Shown: positions 37,306-40,000 of the stretch, in pieces | How the letters are laid out: every line of letters begins with the position of its first letter | Position numbering within the stretch: position 1 is the stretch's first letter | Source of the DNA: Abyssogena phaseoliformis symbiont OG214 | GTDB lineage: Bacteria; Pseudomonadota; Gammaproteobacteria; PS1; Pseudothioglobaceae | Direction of reading: 5' to 3' | NCBI RefSeq assembly: GCF_016592595.1 | Contig: NZ_AP012977.1 | Coordinates: forward strand, 1,239,912-1,279,911 | Length of the DNA: 40,000 nt | Notes under the pieces: model-generated | Databases searched by the model: none | What the model saw: the letters and a program-made list of their open reading frames with translations, nothing else | Told to the model about the DNA's origin: nothing | Program-made: the position numbers and the translations under genes

Positions 37306-38256
37306 ATGAACTTAGATTATCTTGATTTTGAACAACCCATTGCCGAGCTAGAGGAAAAAATACAAGCGCTTGACAATATTAAGGACAAAGCAGACATTGT
37401 TAATGAAATGAAGGCGCTTAAAGTCAAGAGCAGTGCTTTAACCAAAAAAATATTCTCCTCTTTAAGTGATTGGCAAATATCCCAACTAGCACGCCACCCT
37501 AAACGTCTTTATACACTTGATTATATTGCTCATGTATTTGATGAGTTTACTGAATTACACGGCGATCGTGCCTATGGTGATGACCATGCTATTATTGGCG
37601 GCATTGCAACATTAGATGCCCAGCCAGTAATGTTTATTGGTCAGCAAAAAGGACGAACCACTCAAGAAAAACTCAAATACAATTTTGGCATGCCTAGGCC
37701 TGAGGGCTATCGCAAAGCCTTGCGTTTAATGAAACTGGCTGAAAAATTCTCAATGCCCGTTGTTACTTTTATTGACACGCCTGGTGCCTACCCTGGTATT
37801 GGTGCTGAAGAGCGAGGTCAAAGTGGGGCCATTGCTAAAAACCTATTTGAAATGTCAACCCTTGCAACACCCATTATCTCGGTAATTATTGGTGAAGGCG
37901 GTTCTGGTGGTGCGCTAGCAATTGGTGTGGCAGATACAATCATGATGTTTAAATACAGTATTTACTCCGTGATTTCCCCAGAAGGCTGCGCTTCCATTTT
38001 ATATAAAGATGCCACCAAGGCTAACCTTGCAGCTGAATCCTTAAAGTTAACCTCAACCCATCTTAAAGAAGAAGGATTGATTGACATCATTATTGATGAG
38101 CCATTAGGCGGCATCCACCGCGACCCTTCGCAAGCAAAAGTGCTACTAAAAGAGGTGTTAACACAACAACTCAATAAGATTAAACAACTGCCAATAGAGC
38201 AGTTGTTACAAAACAGACAAGAAAAACTCTTAAGTTTTGGAAGATTTAAAGACTAA
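37306..38256 (+). CDS. accA: Acetyl-CoA carboxylase carboxyltransferase alpha subunit
   Basis: [19 protein letters not shown] start. [18 protein letters not shown] and [11 protein letters not shown] motifs. Confidence 0.95.
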   Translation: MNLDYLDFEQPIAELEEKIQALDNIKDKADIVNEMKALKVKSSALTKKIFSSLSDWQISQLARHPKRLYTLDYIAHVFDEFTELHGDRAYGDDHAIIGGIATLDAQPVMFIGQQKGRTTQEKLKYNFGMPRPEGYRKALRLMKLAEKFSMPVVTFIDTPGAYPGIGAEERGQSGAIAKNLFEMSTLATPIISVIIGEGGSGGALAIGVADTIMMFKYSIYSVISPEGCASILYKDATKANLAAESLKLTSTHLKEEGLIDIIIDEPLGGIHRDPSQAKVLLKEVLTQQLNKIKQLPIEQLLQNRQEKLLSFGRFKD

Positions 38257-39409
38257 AGATTTATTTCTTAAGGGTAAGCAAATTATCCTTGGTCTTAGTG
38301 GTGGTATTGATTCTATCGTACTGTTGCATTATTTAAACACGCACTATCCCAATAAAATAAGCATCATTCATTACAACCATCATTTGTCTCAATATTGTAA
38401 CGAATGGGATAAGTTTTGCGAAAAACTATGCTTAAGCCTTAATATTACCTATTTAAGTATTGATTTATTTTTTGATAATACATCTAATATCGAAGAAAAT
38501 GCACGCAAAAAACGCTATCATTCGCTATCTAACTCATTAAAAAAAAATGAGGTGCTTTGCACGGCGCACCATCAGAACGACCAAGCAGAAACCCTACTTC
38601 TACAACTGTTCCGTGGTAGTGGCGTCAAAGGATTAGCCGCCATGCCTAAAGAAAAACCTTTAGGCAAAGGTGTTCACTATCGTCCTTTTTTAACAATTAA
38701 CAAGTCTCAAATTATTGATTATGCTAATAATAACAAATTAAACTGGTTAGAAGACGATAGCAACAAAAATACCGATTTTAGGCGTAATTTTTTGCGCTTA
38801 GAAATTCTACCTAAATTATCTGACGTGTATAAAAATTTAACCAGAACACTTGCCAGAAGCGCAAAACACCAATCAGAAGCCTTAAAACTTATATGTGAAT
38901 TAGCTGATATAGATATTAAGACACATCACATTATCAATAATACCAATCGCATCGATACAAGCAAACTTATCAAACTTGAAACCCACAGAATTAAAAATAT
39001 TCTTCGTCATCATCTAAATTTGCTTAACTTTTTAACACCTAGCGATAAAATAATGCACCAAATTATTGAACTACTACACACAAAAGAAGATGCCAACCCT
39101 TTGGTGTGTTGGGATAAATATGAGATTAGACGTTACCAAAATGAATTATATTTCATCAATAAAGCCCTACTAAGAAAAAACGAATCTTGTCCATTTTATG
39201 AAGAATTTAAGAATTTTAAAAAATTTTCAATTCGTTATCGACAAGAAGGTCAGCGCATTAAATTACTAGGAAAAACGCACACTCAATCACTAAAAAAAGT
39301 CTTACAAGAGGCTAGTATTCCGCCTTGGGAAAGGAGTCAGTTAAAAATGTATTACATTGATAATAAATTATGCGCTATTGAGCGTATCGGTAAAGTATCT
39401 AATGCTTAG
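38237..39409 (+). CDS. tilS: tRNA(Ile)-lysidine synthase
   Basis: PP-loop [32 protein letters not shown] start is inferred, since there is no in-frame ATG or GTG before the PP-loop. It overlaps the accA end. Confidence 0.88.
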   Translation: MEDLKTKDLFLKGKQIILGLSGGIDSIVLLHYLNTHYPNKISIIHYNHHLSQYCNEWDKFCEKLCLSLNITYLSIDLFFDNTSNIEENARKKRYHSLSNSLKKNEVLCTAHHQNDQAETLLLQLFRGSGVKGLAAMPKEKPLGKGVHYRPFLTINKSQIIDYANNNKLNWLEDDSNKNTDFRRNFLRLEILPKLSDVYKNLTRTLARSAKHQSEALKLICELADIDIKTHHIINNTNRIDTSKLIKLETHRIKNILRHHLNLLNFLTPSDKIMHQIIELLHTKEDANPLVCWDKYEIRRYQNELYFINKALLRKNESCPFYEEFKNFKKFSIRYRQEGQRIKLLGKTHTQSLKKVLQEASIPPWERSQLKMYYIDNKLCAIERIGKVSNA

Positions 39410-39458
39410 AGAAATAAATCTTGCTTATTCCAAGTGAATAGTGATGTTTCTTGCTAGC

Positions 39459-39896
39459 TTAGTAAGGATTGTTAATTCCAATTTTTGCTAAAATTTGCAC
39501 CTCTAGGCTTTCCATTTGCTGCGCATCTTTAGTATCAATATGGTCATAGCCTAATAAATGCAACGTACTGTGAATTGCCATATGAGTTAAGTGGTCATTA
39601 AAAGATTTATGCTGTTCAATAGACTCTTTTAAAACAACCTGCGTGCAAATTACCACATCGCCTAAAATCGCCTCATCAATTTCAATCGGCAAATCACTTA
39701 GGAATGACAATACATTAGTGGGCTTGTCCTGATGACGATAAATTTTATTAAGATTTTGAATTTCTGCTTCATTAACCAATCGAATCAACAACTCGCTTTC
39801 ACCCTTACCCAGCTCTTTAATTACTGTCTGCAAAGTGCAGCTTAAATCATGCTCATTAATAGATAAATCATGAATACTATTTTGAATAACCACCAT
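39459..39896 (-). CDS. ybeY: Endoribonuclease YbeY (rRNA maturation factor)
   Basis: 145 aa with the zinc motif HMAIHSTLHLLGYDH. Confidence 0.93.
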   Translation of the reverse strand: MVVIQNSIHDLSINEHDLSCTLQTVIKELGKGESELLIRLVNEAEIQNLNKIYRHQDKPTNVLSFLSDLPIEIDEAILGDVVICTQVVLKESIEQHKSFNDHLTHMAIHSTLHLLGYDHIDTKDAQQMESLEVQILAKIGINNPY

Positions 39897-39960
39897 ACTT
39901 AATCTCGGGCTTAATGATATTTGTTGATAAAATAGCTTATTTTATCAAAAGTCTATTATC

Positions 39961-40000
39961 TTGTCATCAATCGTTGAAGTTGCTATACCCGTACCACTAA
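39961..40000 (+). CDS. priA: Possible start of primosomal protein N' (PriA), truncated by window end
   Basis: Only 13 codons: (TTG) SSIVEVAIPVPL, resembling the canonical PriA N-terminus (V.VA.PVPL). Too short to be sure. Confidence 0.3.
   Translation, partial: MSSIVEVAIPVPL

Overview
The window is AT-rich and densely packed. Gene order looks gammaproteobacterial (ftsH-folP-glmM, lptE-holA-proA, rnfABCDG, epmA-efp, sucCD, tyrS-ssrA). I cannot assign a taxon without a database search. About 45 of the roughly 60 features are ordinary housekeeping genes: murF (partial), pgsA, argG, ycgN, epmA, efp, sucCD, rnfABCDG, tauE-like, glmM, folP, ftsH, lptE, holA, proA, tyrS, rhlE, a Pit/DUF47 pair, ccoS, accA, tilS and ybeY, plus three tRNAs and a tmRNA.

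Three accessory islands interrupt this backbone.
1. 7.55-9.56 kb: a decayed restriction-modification pair, a Dam-class N6-adenine methyltransferase plus an HNH nuclease.
2. 18.18-18.76 kb: a Phd-like/MazF-like toxin-antitoxin module placed directly against the rnfA start codon. Its toxin frame is broken by an in-frame TAA.
3. 19.57-24.12 kb: a chromosomal integron, which is the most interesting object here. It has an apparently intact IntI-type integrase, transcribed divergently from about 3.5 kb of cassette-like DNA. That DNA carries a family of about 50-bp attC-like imperfect palindromes (TAACAAATCAT...CAGCCGAC-N9-GTCGGCTG...GAATTCAAGCGTT). Nearly every cassette gene is frameshifted, nonsense-interrupted or 5'-truncated. 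Two of the truncated genes (nhaA, ridA-like) begin exactly at an attC crossover core.

Pseudogenes also occur outside the islands: queA, a DUF2914-like gene and a CPXCG gene. Several carry substitution-type stop codons as well as indels. The overall picture is a genome undergoing reductive decay. All calls come from reading the sequence and ORF translations by eye. No searches were run.
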